A stretch of DNA of 64,000 bases from a virus. Lineage: Duplodnaviria > Heunggongvirae > Uroviricota > Caudoviricetes. The stretch is from IMG/VR virus record IMGVR_UViG_3300017978_000250, positions 1-64,000 of that record, one strand, 5' to 3'. The position numbers were made by a program, and so were the translations under genes. The notes beneath the pieces were generated by a model. It was not told where the DNA came from and did not search any database. It saw only the letters and a list, made by a program, of their open reading frames with translations. Below, one piece after another: positions 1 to 9,021 of this stretch (the stretch's first letter is position 1; each line of letters begins with the position of its first letter).

Positions 1-1
1 T

Positions 2-310
2 TCATAACCAGCTATGTGCTGTCCATTTGTTTAAAAATCTCATGCTTGCTTTGCCACCAGAGGCAAAGTGCTTTCTATCAAAGAGATTATACGCTGACTT
101 CCATTTCTTTGCAACTGGTTCGGGTGCGTGACATGCCAGATAATGTAGCTTTCTAAATTGCTTAGAGATAGTTTTCTTATTGAGTCGGTAACCTGCGGGG
201 TACCATTCGATTCGAGTTTGCCAATTGTAGCTCTCACGCATACCTAATCGATTTTCTCGCATGATAGCGGGTTTGTGCATTTCTTGAGGTCGAAACTTAT
301 TTTGGGACAT
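2..310 (-). CDS. hypothetical protein, 3' end truncated by window edge
   Basis: ORF with ATG at 310 running off the window; upstream small ORF stop overlaps its start (ATGTCCCAAAATAAG). Confidence 0.45.
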   Translation of the reverse strand: MSQNKFRPQEMHKPAIMRENRLGMRESYNWQTRIEWYPAGYRLNKKTISKQFRKLHYLACHAPEPVAKKWKSAYNLFDRKHFASGGKASMRFLNKWTAHSWL

Positions 311-470
311 GAGGTACTCCGATTACTTTACAATGCTGGTCACGAGGAAGTGTTCGTTCACATTCTTGAATTGCTTGACGATACTTAGTGTTATCACTCC
401 ACGGGTGGTTTAAGCACCACACAGAGATAACGAGTCCCAAGAAGATACCCCACCAAAAGTCTTTCATTAT
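297..470 (-). CDS. small hydrophobic hypothetical protein (about 57 aa)
   Basis: Translated by eye from minus strand; start overlaps stop of next small ORF (TAATGA); below 60-aa track cutoff. Confidence 0.3.
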   Translation of the reverse strand: MMKDFWWGIFLGLVISVWCLNHPWSDNTKYRQAIQECERTLPRDQHCKVIGVPHVPK

Positions 471-613
471 TCCTCCACCGGGAAACGTTTTTGCAGTTTA
501 CGCTTAAAGTACCCATTGAGTACTTCACTATCAAACATAAAGAACAATCCTAGCCACATTGCTATCACTAGTGTAAGTCCTAGGAATGCCAACAAAATAT
601 CAACCACGAACAT
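467..613 (-). CDS. small membrane protein (about 48 aa), possible NfeD-like partner of SPFH
   Basis: Hydrophobic 48-aa ORF immediately downstream of SPFH stop; manual translation. Confidence 0.3.
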   Translation of the reverse strand: MFVVDILLAFLGLTLVIAMWLGLFFMFDSEVLNGYFKRKLQKRFPVEE

Positions 614-614
614 A

Positions 615-1505
615 TTACTTACCCAAGTTGAGCATCATGCCCTGACTACCATTGACAACTGTGTTGGGCATCTTACCGTCCCACTTGTCAATCCATTGTA
701 GTTGAACGTATGCTTGTCCACCATTTGATTGAATAGCTTCTGCTTGAATCTTAATCGCTTTAGCTTCACCTTCAGCTTGTGCGATACGTGACTTAGCTTC
801 AACCTCAATTCGTTGCAAGTCTTGTTCGGCTTTCAACTTACTTTGTGTAGCAACCATCTTTGCGTCAATCGCATCTTGATATGCTTTACCAAATCCAAAG
901 TTGACCAAGCTGATGTTACTCACTGTGATATCGAAGGGTGCGACTTTTGTTTGTAGACGTTCCAGAATCTTACCAGACACTTCTTCACGCTTGATAATCA
1001 ATTCTTCACTTGTATACTGACCAGTCACAGTCTTAAACACTTCGCTGATAGCAGGAGCAAGTACTTTGTCTGCTACGTTCAATCCAAACTCTTTGTAGAT
1101 AGTTGGGACCATGTTAGGAGTCAAACGATAGTTTACAACAATGTCAGTGTGTACTTGTTGCATATCTTTAGTACCTGCGCTTTGATTTTCAAGCTGGGCA
1201 CGTTGCAACTGCACGTTGACATTCTTGACTGAACTGATTGGGTTTACGAGTGTAACACCTTCAGTCAATACGTTGTCTAAGTTAGTTTTACCTAGAGTAA
1301 CTTGCACGCCTACGTTACCAGGTGGAACGATTGTGATTGATTCAAACGCAATGACTGCTACAACTAGCAAGAAGGGCAATGCCACCAACTTACGAAACGG
1401 ATACGTAGTTTCGTATCCTGTATTAGTACGTGTATTAATTGACATGAAATACAAGAAGATTGCAGCACCGAGTGCTACTACAAAAGAGAGACCAATTAAA
1501 AACAT
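615..1505 (-). CDS. SPFH/band-7 (prohibitin/HflC-like) membrane protein
   Basis: N-terminal TM helix then SPFH-like core (NVGVQVTLGKT...VHTDIVVNYRL) and coiled-coil C-terminus; RBS AAGGAAAC before ATG. Confidence 0.75.
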   Translation of the reverse strand: MFLIGLSFVVALGAAIFLYFMSINTRTNTGYETTYPFRKLVALPFLLVVAVIAFESITIVPPGNVGVQVTLGKTNLDNVLTEGVTLVNPISSVKNVNVQLQRAQLENQSAGTKDMQQVHTDIVVNYRLTPNMVPTIYKEFGLNVADKVLAPAISEVFKTVTGQYTSEELIIKREEVSGKILERLQTKVAPFDITVSNISLVNFGFGKAYQDAIDAKMVATQSKLKAEQDLQRIEVEAKSRIAQAEGEAKAIKIQAEAIQSNGGQAYVQLQWIDKWDGKMPNTVVNGSQGMMLNLGK

Positions 1506-1526
1506 GTTGTTTCCTTAAAGAAATTT

Positions 1527-1550
1527 AAAAAGCCCCCGAGGGGGCGTTAT
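1527..1550 (-). terminator. intrinsic terminator between ATPase and SPFH genes
   Basis: GCCCCCTCGGGGGC hairpin followed by TTTTTAAATTT on minus. Confidence 0.65.
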
Positions 1551-2596
1551 TAAAAAGCGTCCCAGTAACGGGGTTGCTTTTCAACTTTGCGTGTCAGTGT
1601 GACACGGGTGCCTTTATCTTCAAAGATAAAGTGACCGTCTTTCACAGTAACCAATGTGTTGGCTGTGAATGTTTTGTGAACGTAGTCATCGTCTGCGTTC
1701 TCTGGATCAGGGTCGAAACCAACATTGACACCGTCAGCATTCAACGGGTTACCGCGGAATGTATCTTGGTAATCGATTTCTTTGTTGTTGTGAACAACTT
1801 TGATATCGTATGTAGAAGCACCATCGAACTCTGGCTTAGCGTTCAACATCTTCAATGCTTCGACTGGAGATTCATTGTAACGATTCATTTCTTCAACCAA
1901 TGCCTTCAACATGTCGAAGTTGAATTCAGAGAACAAAGTAGAGATAGAAACAATACGTTCAATCTGATCCTTAGCTTCCAAGTTGTCGTTGCAGTATTCA
2001 CGAATGAATGTAGCATCAACACCCTTAAAGTCAATCATGTAGAAGATACGACCTGGGCGGTTACGCATGTGACGATCCACACGCCACTTGTCGTTAGTTG
2101 TCAACATGAACAACTTCTTAGATGGGAAGACACCATCCAACAATGTCAAAATCATTTCTTGCTGTTCAGAATCATACACCTTCTCAAATTCATCAAACAA
2201 GATAGCGCAAGGTTGTTCGATAGATTGAATGAAAGAATTGAACTTGTCACCACACCATGGTGCGTTAATGACGATTGTTGGGATATCTTGCTTTGCCATT
2301 TCAAAGCAAACGTTCTTAGTAAGCAAAGTCTTACCAGAACCCTTTTCGCCTGTCAACATGACGCCGGTTGCGTTGTCACGTGCCAAGAATGTACGGATGA
2401 TTCGGTCAGTGTGCTTTAAGCAATCACCATAAATCTTTGTTGGAATGTTGAAATTGTCAATATGCTCAAGGAAGAATTGACCAGACATTTCATCCTTACC
2501 AACGGTGTAGTTACCACCGGGCAAATGTTCAGTCAAGTCCAATGCTTCTTTACGGGCAATACGGTATGTATTGCCAGTCTTCATAAAGTATGCCAT
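1550..2596 (-). CDS. AAA+/P-loop ATPase
   Basis: Walker A GEKGSGKT, Walker B ILFDEFE; 348 aa. Confidence 0.7.
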   Translation of the reverse strand: MAYFMKTGNTYRIARKEALDLTEHLPGGNYTVGKDEMSGQFFLEHIDNFNIPTKIYGDCLKHTDRIIRTFLARDNATGVMLTGEKGSGKTLLTKNVCFEMAKQDIPTIVINAPWCGDKFNSFIQSIEQPCAILFDEFEKVYDSEQQEMILTLLDGVFPSKKLFMLTTNDKWRVDRHMRNRPGRIFYMIDFKGVDATFIREYCNDNLEAKDQIERIVSISTLFSEFNFDMLKALVEEMNRYNESPVEALKMLNAKPEFDGASTYDIKVVHNNKEIDYQDTFRGNPLNADGVNVGFDPDPENADDDYVHKTFTANTLVTVKDGHFIFEDKGTRVTLTRKVEKQPRYWDAF

Positions 2597-2681
2597 TTAA
2601 TTTCTTTCTCTGTGTGTTTAACGATTTAAGATGTGTAGTATAACAGAGACTAGGTTTTTTGTCTAGTCTCTGTTTACCCAT

Positions 2682-4082
2682 TTACTTGCGAGAGTTTGCT
2701 CGGACTTCGTCAAAAGTGTAAGACTTTGTTAGTACACCGTCTTCGTAGACAGTAACCAATGCGTCAGTCCAACCACCGATGCCTTTGTCTGACCAACCTG
2801 TTGGGGCTGATACACCAGATGCGTATTCGCCACCACTGTTAGTGAACAGTTTGACACGACCGCCTTTACTGCGTTTGCCTGAGTCAGTGATTGGATCCTT
2901 GACTACATCACGCCATTCACCATCGACCTGGACACTTGAGCATTTCATTGCGAAACGTTGTGTATCTCGGTCAACGATTTGCAACAACGCACCGCCCATA
3001 CCGAAAGCAAAGTTGTCAGCACTCCAGCCATTCAAGTCTACCATGATACGCATGATTGCTTGGATGCTTTGAATGTTGATACCATCGCCCCAGATTACTC
3101 GGACGTTGTTCAATACTTTGTAGCCTTTGCTGTTCTTAGTGTGACCGAATCCTGTGTTCAAGATGCCAACTACTTTTGGCAAGACTTCGACAGGATCACC
3201 TGAGTCAGGACGAATCACAACAGTAGCACCCGAATCAATAACTTGTTGCTTCAATTCAGTGCCCCACATTTTAGAGGCTTCGTAGATATCAAAGCTATCG
3301 GATACCACTGCAAGAATTGCACCGGGCTTGCCGTACTGTGTAACCATGTTGCTGTAGGCTTTTGCTTCGTTTTCACGACCCCAGCTTGTTACTGTGCTGT
3401 GCTCCATTGCAGGAATGCTAAAACCGCAAACGTCAGCATCATAATACTCCATAGCGTACAAAATACCAGTAATAGTGTCTGTACCCATAAAGTTGATGAG
3501 GTGTCCCGCACCACCAATCCCAGCGCTTTCAAGAGAACTAACGCCCCGAGCACCGAAATCGTGTAACTTAAAATCAATACCACTAATATCTCCTGACTTG
3601 TTTAAGTACTCGGCAATCACTTTCTTGATTGTGTAACTTTGTGTTGCCACTGTTGTTCCGTACCAGACTGCACGAAGCAATGCTGTTTCAAGCCACGTAG
3701 TAAGCCAGAAACACTTGGGGTCCGTGTTCTCGATTGTTGCCAATACGTTTGATACAGGTACGACTGACCCTTCTGGTACTGCTCGGATACGTACGGGTAA
3801 ACGCCCGCCGAGCTGTTCGACAATATACTCCCAACCGTCCCTGTTGAAAGGTACACCGTGAGCTGTGAGGATCTTATCTGCGACCTCAATGTCTTCTCGG
3901 GTGACTGGAGTAGTGAGATACTCTTTAATAAATGCCTGTAATCCGAACATGACGGTTGCATCATATTTGCCACCGCGGCTTTCAATGTATGAATAGACAC
4001 CTGTAGTTCCTACTGGGTATTGTTTGAACATTGAGACTTTGTAGCTGTCTGTGTTCAGGATGATGTTTTTAGCGAGTTTCAT
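2682..4082 (-). CDS. nadV: nicotinamide phosphoribosyltransferase (NAMPT/NadV)
   Basis: 466 aa with conserved NAMPT family blocks (DSYKV..., GTD..., WGDG...); typical of phage NadV. Confidence 0.85.
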   Translation of the reverse strand: MKLAKNIILNTDSYKVSMFKQYPVGTTGVYSYIESRGGKYDATVMFGLQAFIKEYLTTPVTREDIEVADKILTAHGVPFNRDGWEYIVEQLGGRLPVRIRAVPEGSVVPVSNVLATIENTDPKCFWLTTWLETALLRAVWYGTTVATQSYTIKKVIAEYLNKSGDISGIDFKLHDFGARGVSSLESAGIGGAGHLINFMGTDTITGILYAMEYYDADVCGFSIPAMEHSTVTSWGRENEAKAYSNMVTQYGKPGAILAVVSDSFDIYEASKMWGTELKQQVIDSGATVVIRPDSGDPVEVLPKVVGILNTGFGHTKNSKGYKVLNNVRVIWGDGINIQSIQAIMRIMVDLNGWSADNFAFGMGGALLQIVDRDTQRFAMKCSSVQVDGEWRDVVKDPITDSGKRSKGGRVKLFTNSGGEYASGVSAPTGWSDKGIGGWTDALVTVYEDGVLTKSYTFDEVRANSRK

Positions 4083-4162
4083 AATAAAGTTCCTTTATTT
4101 TCAAATTGCCTAGAGTCTATCTCTAGGACTTGTTATCAGTATAACACAACATTATTATTGTG

Positions 4163-4366
4163 TCAACCTTCTTCGGGTTCCATATCAGTTGGATCGTATA
4201 CATATCCACCTTTGATTCCAAGAATAGGGTCAACAATAAAGTTTGGCACCCATTTGTCTTTCTTGCCAATCAGTGAGTAAACTGGGAGTGACTTACCGTC
4301 TACTACCATTTCACCTACTTGTTTGGTTTCGTATTTGTATTCCCACCAACCCATATCAGCCCCCAA
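4163..4366 (-). CDS. hypothetical protein
   Basis: 67-aa ORF in operon context between macro and nadV genes. Confidence 0.45.
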   Translation of the reverse strand: MGADMGWWEYKYETKQVGEMVVDGKSLPVYSLIGKKDKWVPNFIVDPILGIKGGYVYDPTDMEPEEG

Positions 4367-4865
4367 ATTCTACCAAAGTGACAGAGCCACCACGTTCTTT
4401 AATTACTCTTGCAAAGTTGTCAAGCATTGGGATGATTCGTTCTGGATCGCCCATTGCTAGACCCATACCAATGTAGGGGAATGCCCATCGTTCTTGGGGC
4501 AACCAACCTGCCCACTTATACAACAACAATTCAAAGCCTAGATATTCGAAAACATCTTGACCACGACTAATCGTATATTGTGTATACGCATTAACCAAGA
4601 ACCATGCATCATTCTTACTACGCTCAATAACTGAGTGAGTATAGGTACCTACTTTGTCAAACTTACCTGCTTGTGTTGCATTGTCTGCTTCAACCGCTTG
4701 TGGATAACGACTTGCAATCTCTTTAGCGATGCCGCCGCCCATCATGTTGTAACAGTTACAACCTTGTACTACAACGTCAAACTCACCTGCTTCTGCCATG
4801 TCAAGGATATTACCTCGTGCATGTTTGAGGTGCATAGTTGGAATTGAACCTGGATTGATTGTCAT
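4356..4865 (-). CDS. macro domain protein (ADP-ribose / O-acetyl-ADP-ribose processing)
   Basis: VVVQGCNCYNMMGGGIAKEI motif typical of macro (Appr-1-p) domains. Confidence 0.7.
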   Translation of the reverse strand: MTINPGSIPTMHLKHARGNILDMAEAGEFDVVVQGCNCYNMMGGGIAKEIASRYPQAVEADNATQAGKFDKVGTYTHSVIERSKNDAWFLVNAYTQYTISRGQDVFEYLGFELLLYKWAGWLPQERWAFPYIGMGLAMGDPERIIPMLDNFARVIKERGGSVTLVEFGG

Positions 4866-4866
4866 A

Positions 4867-5886
4867 TTAAGCTCCTAAGAAGTGTTGCAAAATTTCGTAG
4901 TGGTCTTCGAAACATTCTTCCGACTTAACCTCTGCGATTGGTACCCAACGTGCTTTCTCAGCATCGTCACTACCTTTTACTTTGGGCAGTTCGCCATCGG
5001 GCAATTGAATGTAGAATGCGTGTGTAATGATACGACCACGAGGTGAGCGGTCAATAGCATCGAACACTTTACTGCGAACGATACTACCACGCAACACGGG
5101 TGCGGGCACTTTAATCATTGTTTCTTCACGCAACTCACGAATAGCCGCATCTTCTACTGACTTGTCAGTGTTTGCGTTGACATAACCACCGGGCAGTGCC
5201 CACAAACCTTTACCTGGTTCTGCTCTACGCTTAATCATAAGAATGTGACCTGAGCAAATAACCACAGCGTCAGCAGTAGAGAAGATGGGAGGGTACTTCA
5301 AGCTGGCATATTGTTTGTTGTGTTCGATAATGAATTCACGTTCACGGATGATTTGTGCGAATTCCTCAGTCTTACGAAACTCCATTAAGAAGTCATAAGT
5401 AGATGCTGGCACAACATTCTTAATAAAGTTGCTGTTGAAAGTCCAGTTAAAGTACAGGTCACGGATGTTAACTGCACTGAGTGGTTCAATTTCTTCCACA
5501 TCAACGTATTCCCATTGAGGGAACATATCCAAGTAGAAACTTGATTCGTCTTTTTTGTGACCGATGATGGCAGTTTTAGTGCCGAGGATGCGATAGCGTG
5601 ACACGATACTTTGAACACGTACAGCCCACGCTTGGTCGTTGTACACGGTGTCAATATTTCCCTCAATGTGAATATTCATTGACAGACCGCTGGTTGCAGC
5701 CTTAATCATTTTAGCACGTTCGGCACTAGTGAACGGGTTTTTGTAAGTGCGGGGTTGAGCTGCCGAACCTGTGATAATCACGAGGTTGTCGGTCAATGCT
5801 GTGGCTCGCTTGATAATCTCTAAGTGAGCATTGTGAAAAGGTTGAAAGCGTCCGATAAGGACTAGTGTACCATATTGTTTTGACAT
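4867..5886 (-). CDS. natV: bifunctional NMN adenylyltransferase / Nudix ADP-ribose pyrophosphatase (NatV-like)
   Basis: N-terminal cytidylyltransferase GRFQPFHNAH motif; C-terminal Nudix box GGx5Ex7REUxEExGU-like (GGYVNANTDKSVEDAAIRELREET). Confidence 0.85.
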   Translation of the reverse strand: MSKQYGTLVLIGRFQPFHNAHLEIIKRATALTDNLVIITGSAAQPRTYKNPFTSAERAKMIKAATSGLSMNIHIEGNIDTVYNDQAWAVRVQSIVSRYRILGTKTAIIGHKKDESSFYLDMFPQWEYVDVEEIEPLSAVNIRDLYFNWTFNSNFIKNVVPASTYDFLMEFRKTEEFAQIIREREFIIEHNKQYASLKYPPIFSTADAVVICSGHILMIKRRAEPGKGLWALPGGYVNANTDKSVEDAAIRELREETMIKVPAPVLRGSIVRSKVFDAIDRSPRGRIITHAFYIQLPDGELPKVKGSDDAEKARWVPIAEVKSEECFEDHYEILQHFLGA

Positions 5887-5948
5887 TGAAAAATCCTTTC
5901 AATAAATGTCTGCTCGGCGTCTATCGCTCTGCTTCTTTATTTATACTT

Positions 5949-5977
5949 AGTATAACACCTTTAGTATTATTTGTCAA
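5949..5977 (-). promoter_or_regulatory. sigma70-type promoter (TTGACA-17-TATACT)
   Basis: Minus TTGACAAATAATACTAAAGGTGTTATACT upstream of natV. Confidence 0.55.
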
Positions 5978-6209
5978 CCTTTTTTGCCCATTTGCTGTCT
6001 GGAAAGGGGAAAAATTCTGTCTCAATTACAAAGAATTTGTGTCTACCTTTTGGGTTCTCTTGGTTGTACTCTTTCTGAGTAAAGTCTCGGTAAAAATCAG
6101 CATCCTCTTTTCGCTGGAATCCACGACTTTCAACTTTCCATGTTACTTTTTTGGAACAATGGCTAAGAGTATTTGTACGCATTACTAGAAACATATCAGT
6201 CCTTACCAA
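5967..6209 (-). CDS. hypothetical protein
   Basis: 80-aa ORF upstream of promoter P1. Confidence 0.4.
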   Translation of the reverse strand: MVRTDMFLVMRTNTLSHCSKKVTWKVESRGFQRKEDADFYRDFTQKEYNQENPKGRHKFFVIETEFFPFPDSKWAKKVDK

Positions 6210-6532
6210 CTAATCTGAACGCCGTAGTTTTGAATTGTTGGGCCGTTGCCGTTGTCGTCTGCTAAACCCCGTGGAACATATTTGTCACCGTCTAACCTAA
6301 TCTCAACACGATAACCCAATGTTTTGAGTTTGTCTGCTACTGCCTGTTGCAAGGGAGTGATAGTGTGATGTAGGTACTCAAACTGTTTCACGCTACCCAT
6401 ATCGATAAACACTTGACGCTTGCCACCTTCGGCAGCTTTTTTCACTATCCTCTCGACTGTATTCTTCAAGTAATCATTGACCTCTGCGCCACTTTGGTCA
6501 TACAGTTCTTTGGCTTCTTTTGCAGTAATCAT
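6203..6532 (-). CDS. hypothetical protein
   Basis: 109 aa; N-terminus (ITAKEAKEL) paralogous to ORF 6921-7463. Confidence 0.55.
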   Translation of the reverse strand: MITAKEAKELYDQSGAEVNDYLKNTVERIVKKAAEGGKRQVFIDMGSVKQFEYLHHTITPLQQAVADKLKTLGYRVEIRLDGDKYVPRGLADDNGNGPTIQNYGVQISW

Positions 6533-6780
6533 TTTAATCCCAATACAACTTTTTCAGCATCAGTCAATTTAGCCAATGCACGTTTACGAAGTTCACCATC
6601 TTTGAATGCTTTGAGTACATCCCAGCTGTCAAGAATCACGAATTCTGTTTCATATACCGAATCGAACTTGTTCTTTGCCATCCATTCGTCTGCGGCTTCT
6701 TTGGTCTTAACGTAGTACCTGTGATTGTGACGGTCGCCACCATCCCAAACTTGAATGTCCCAGCATTTAATGATTTGCAT
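6529..6780 (-). CDS. hypothetical protein
   Basis: 83 aa; C-terminal AKLTDAEKVVLGLK tail paralogous to ORF 13354-13662. Confidence 0.55.
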   Translation of the reverse strand: MQIIKCWDIQVWDGGDRHNHRYYVKTKEAADEWMAKNKFDSVYETEFVILDSWDVLKAFKDGELRKRALAKLTDAEKVVLGLK

Positions 6781-6781
6781 T

Positions 6782-6922
6782 TTAACTCTCCTCTACTTCT
6801 GTAGCGTAACCTTCGGACTCAAGTTCATCAACAACTTCTTGGACTTCGGATTCTTCAATCGAGCATTCCTCAACGTGAAGTTCACCTTTCCAATAACCTT
6901 TGACTGTGTATGTTTTCATTTT
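6782..6922 (-). CDS. small acidic hypothetical protein
   Basis: Likely start MKTYTV with GGAG RBS; the longer track ORF would overlap its upstream neighbour. Confidence 0.4.
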   Translation of the reverse strand, partial: KMKTYTVKGYWKGELHVEECSIEESEVQEVVDELESEGYATEVEES

Positions 6923-7463
6923 ACCACTCCACAGTTGTAGCCATGTCAACAAATTGTGATTCGTTGTAGTAGAACCCAACTTTGTAGCCATCACCTTCAA
7001 GAATCATAACGGCTTGTTGCCAATCTTTCGATGCACTGTAACCACCATCAGCCCAGAACTTGTCACGCAACATAATATCACGTGCTTGTTGCCAATCTTT
7101 TGATGCACTGTAACCACCATCAGCCCAGAACTTGTCACGCAACATAATATCACGTTTGCCTTTAGTTGCGGCTTCACGAATCAAGGGATAGACTGCATCA
7201 ACCCGTTCTTGGACAGTGGGACCTGCAAGTTCGCGGGCTTCTTGTGCTGTGATTTTAGTCATCACGGGTTCCTTCACTTCTAAAAGTTTTTCAGTTGCTT
7301 TGCGATAAGAGATATAATAATCTCCGGTGTGTTCGTTTTTGAGACTTGCGACTTTGATTTTGGCTTCTGCCTCTGTCTCACATGTACCACCGATTCGTTG
7401 AGTAGAGTAACCACGACCTCCTGGGGCAGGGGGAAAGAATCGTTCAATAACTATTTCAAACAT
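6921..7463 (-). CDS. hypothetical protein carrying an internal 24-aa tandem duplication
   Basis: 180 aa; repeat RDIMLRDKFWADGGYSASKDWQQA occurs twice (72-bp DNA tandem repeat). Confidence 0.55.
   Translation of the reverse strand: MFEIVIERFFPPAPGGRGYSTQRIGGTCETEAEAKIKVASLKNEHTGDYYISYRKATEKLLEVKEPVMTKITAQEARELAGPTVQERVDAVYPLIREAATKGKRDIMLRDKFWADGGYSASKDWQQARDIMLRDKFWADGGYSASKDWQQAVMILEGDGYKVGFYYNESQFVDMATTVEW
7013..7156. repeat. 72-bp near-perfect tandem duplication (2 copies) inside ORF 6921-7463
   Basis: Copy A 7013-7084 and copy B 7085-7156 differ at about 2 positions. Confidence 0.8.
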
Positions 7464-7493
7464 CTTGTACCTCTTTTCTTACTCTATGACTAT

Positions 7494-7522
7494 ATTATAC
7501 AACCAAAGAGATTTATTGTCAA
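7494..7522 (-). promoter_or_regulatory. sigma70 consensus-type promoter
   Basis: Minus TTGACAATAAATCTCTTTGGTTGTATAAT. Confidence 0.65.
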
Positions 7523-7534
7523 GTTTTGGGCAAA

Positions 7535-7939
7535 TTAGTTTTTGTAGAGGACTGCAACTTTGGGGTAAGTGCAACCACTGCAACTTTGAAACAACACACG
7601 GTCGTTGCCAATTTCGTACTCTACATAGGTATAGTGCTTGTCTACATAACTCTTGCCTGAACGTTCACGTGAACCTTCAGCAACGAACCCAACTAATGTA
7701 CCAGTAACCTGTGTATTTTTGTAGTACTTTGTACTCTGGTCTGTCCACTCATAACTAACCATGTAAGCAATTCCTACTGGAATCAACAAGATTAAAAATA
7801 CATTAAACAATTTGTATTCTTCTTCACCGGTGATGTTAGAGTAAGCTGCCATCAAAAATACAACTAACATGAATACACAAACGATAACGAAACCTTTGTG
7901 TTCAACTACGATTGGGGCTAGTGGTTGCATTGTGTACAT
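7535..7939 (-). CDS. membrane protein
   Basis: Two to three hydrophobic helices at N-terminus; 134 aa. Confidence 0.55.
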   Translation of the reverse strand: MYTMQPLAPIVVEHKGFVIVCVFMLVVFLMAAYSNITGEEEYKLFNVFLILLIPVGIAYMVSYEWTDQSTKYYKNTQVTGTLVGFVAEGSRERSGKSYVDKHYTYVEYEIGNDRVLFQSCSGCTYPKVAVLYKN

Positions 7940-7970
7940 GTTAGTCCTGTTCTTTGCTGTCTAAGTATCT

Positions 7971-7999
7971 ATTATACAACCAAAACGATTATTTGTCAA
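7971..7999 (-). promoter_or_regulatory. sigma70 consensus-type promoter
   Basis: Minus TTGACAAATAATCGTTTTGGTTGTATAAT. Confidence 0.7.
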
Positions 8000-8014
8000 G
8001 TTTTGGGCAAAAAA

Positions 8015-8040
8015 ATACCCCGATTAACGGGGTATCAAAA
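8015..8040 (-). terminator. intrinsic terminator after rIIB
   Basis: ATACCCCG-attaa-CGGGGTAT followed on minus by T7. Confidence 0.65.
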
Positions 8041-8051
8041 AGTATTACTTT

Positions 8052-9020
8052 TTATGGTTTGCTTGGGCTTTGGGGCCAGCTTGCGTTAGTCTGTGTACTC
8101 GCTTGAGGGACGTAATACTCATAACGCTTGGTAACGTCATTAGTACCTTTGTCGAAACCTTCTGCATAGTCCTTACCAGAACCATTGTAGCCGTTTTCTT
8201 CCCAACCATCAGTGTAGCCACGATAGAATTCAGTCGAACCACGCTTAACTACTGGTGTCGGTGCCACGTAAGTGTTTGAGTTTGCATTAGCTTGCACTGG
8301 TTGAGTAAACTCAACTGCATCCTCAGGGTTTCTACCAACTTCACCAATCACTTCATATCGACATGTACGACCTTTTGTGTTGTTGTAGTCGTTTGGAATA
8401 GACACAACATCACGTGGGTTAATCTTAACGATAACAACACGTTCACCACCAAAGTGCTTCAAGTAGCCTTCAGAACAGAAGTGCAAACCATGTGAACAAG
8501 TGTTGTTTTGGTTATCATCAACCTTGTTACGAGCCATAGTCAAAACTTGACCTGGTGAGTTGTCCATTGTACCTGAGTACACGTCCTTGTAGTCACCACG
8601 AACTTTCTTGTAAGCCAAGAAATGACCATCTGGGGTGATTGGCAAGTTGTTCTTTTCCAAGAAGCCATACAATTCATCTACGGAACGCTTAGATGGGTTA
8701 TCCATCAAGTTCTCCATGAACTTAATGAGAGGTTCGATAGTGAAACCCTCAGTCAGCATTTGCACCATGCGAGTAGCAAGAGTGCCGTTGAACACTTCGC
8801 CGTCCCAGTACATTGTTTCGCCCTTGATGGACACTCGACCTTGACCGTAGTCTAGTACGACTTTCTTTGGCTCAATCACATTTTGCACAGTTTCCCAGTC
8901 ACCTGCTTTGATAGCATCAACAACCTTTTGATAGGTAATGTGTGTCTTAGAAATTGTGTGTGGCTTGTTGCCGATAACTACGGTAACATTGTTACCTTGA
9001 ATAATGAATGGATAACTCAT
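8052..9020 (-). CDS. rIIB: rIIB protein
   Basis: C-terminal block DNSPG...TCSHGLHFCSEGYLKHFG...VKINPRDVVSIPNDYN...RTCRYEV matches T4 rIIB family; immediately downstream of rIIA. Confidence 0.8.
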   Translation of the reverse strand: MSYPFIIQGNNVTVVIGNKPHTISKTHITYQKVVDAIKAGDWETVQNVIEPKKVVLDYGQGRVSIKGETMYWDGEVFNGTLATRMVQMLTEGFTIEPLIKFMENLMDNPSKRSVDELYGFLEKNNLPITPDGHFLAYKKVRGDYKDVYSGTMDNSPGQVLTMARNKVDDNQNNTCSHGLHFCSEGYLKHFGGERVVIVKINPRDVVSIPNDYNNTKGRTCRYEVIGEVGRNPEDAVEFTQPVQANANSNTYVAPTPVVKRGSTEFYRGYTDGWEENGYNGSGKDYAEGFDKGTNDVTKRYEYYVPQASTQTNASWPQSPSKP

Positions 9021-9021
9021 T

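Noticed and set aside
1574-2419. Long plus-strand ORFs in the early region (e.g. 1574-2419, 12717-13316, 21684-22520, 17058-17495)
   Set aside because: They lie antisense to better-supported minus-strand genes with recognisable domains and promoters; low-complexity translations; treated as shadow ORFs.
2643-2675. 11-bp inverted repeat ACAGAGACTAG...CTAGTCTCTGT as terminator after nadV
   Set aside because: Loop is A/T-rich but no U-run follows the stem on the transcribed strand; may be a regulatory or RNase site instead, so not called.
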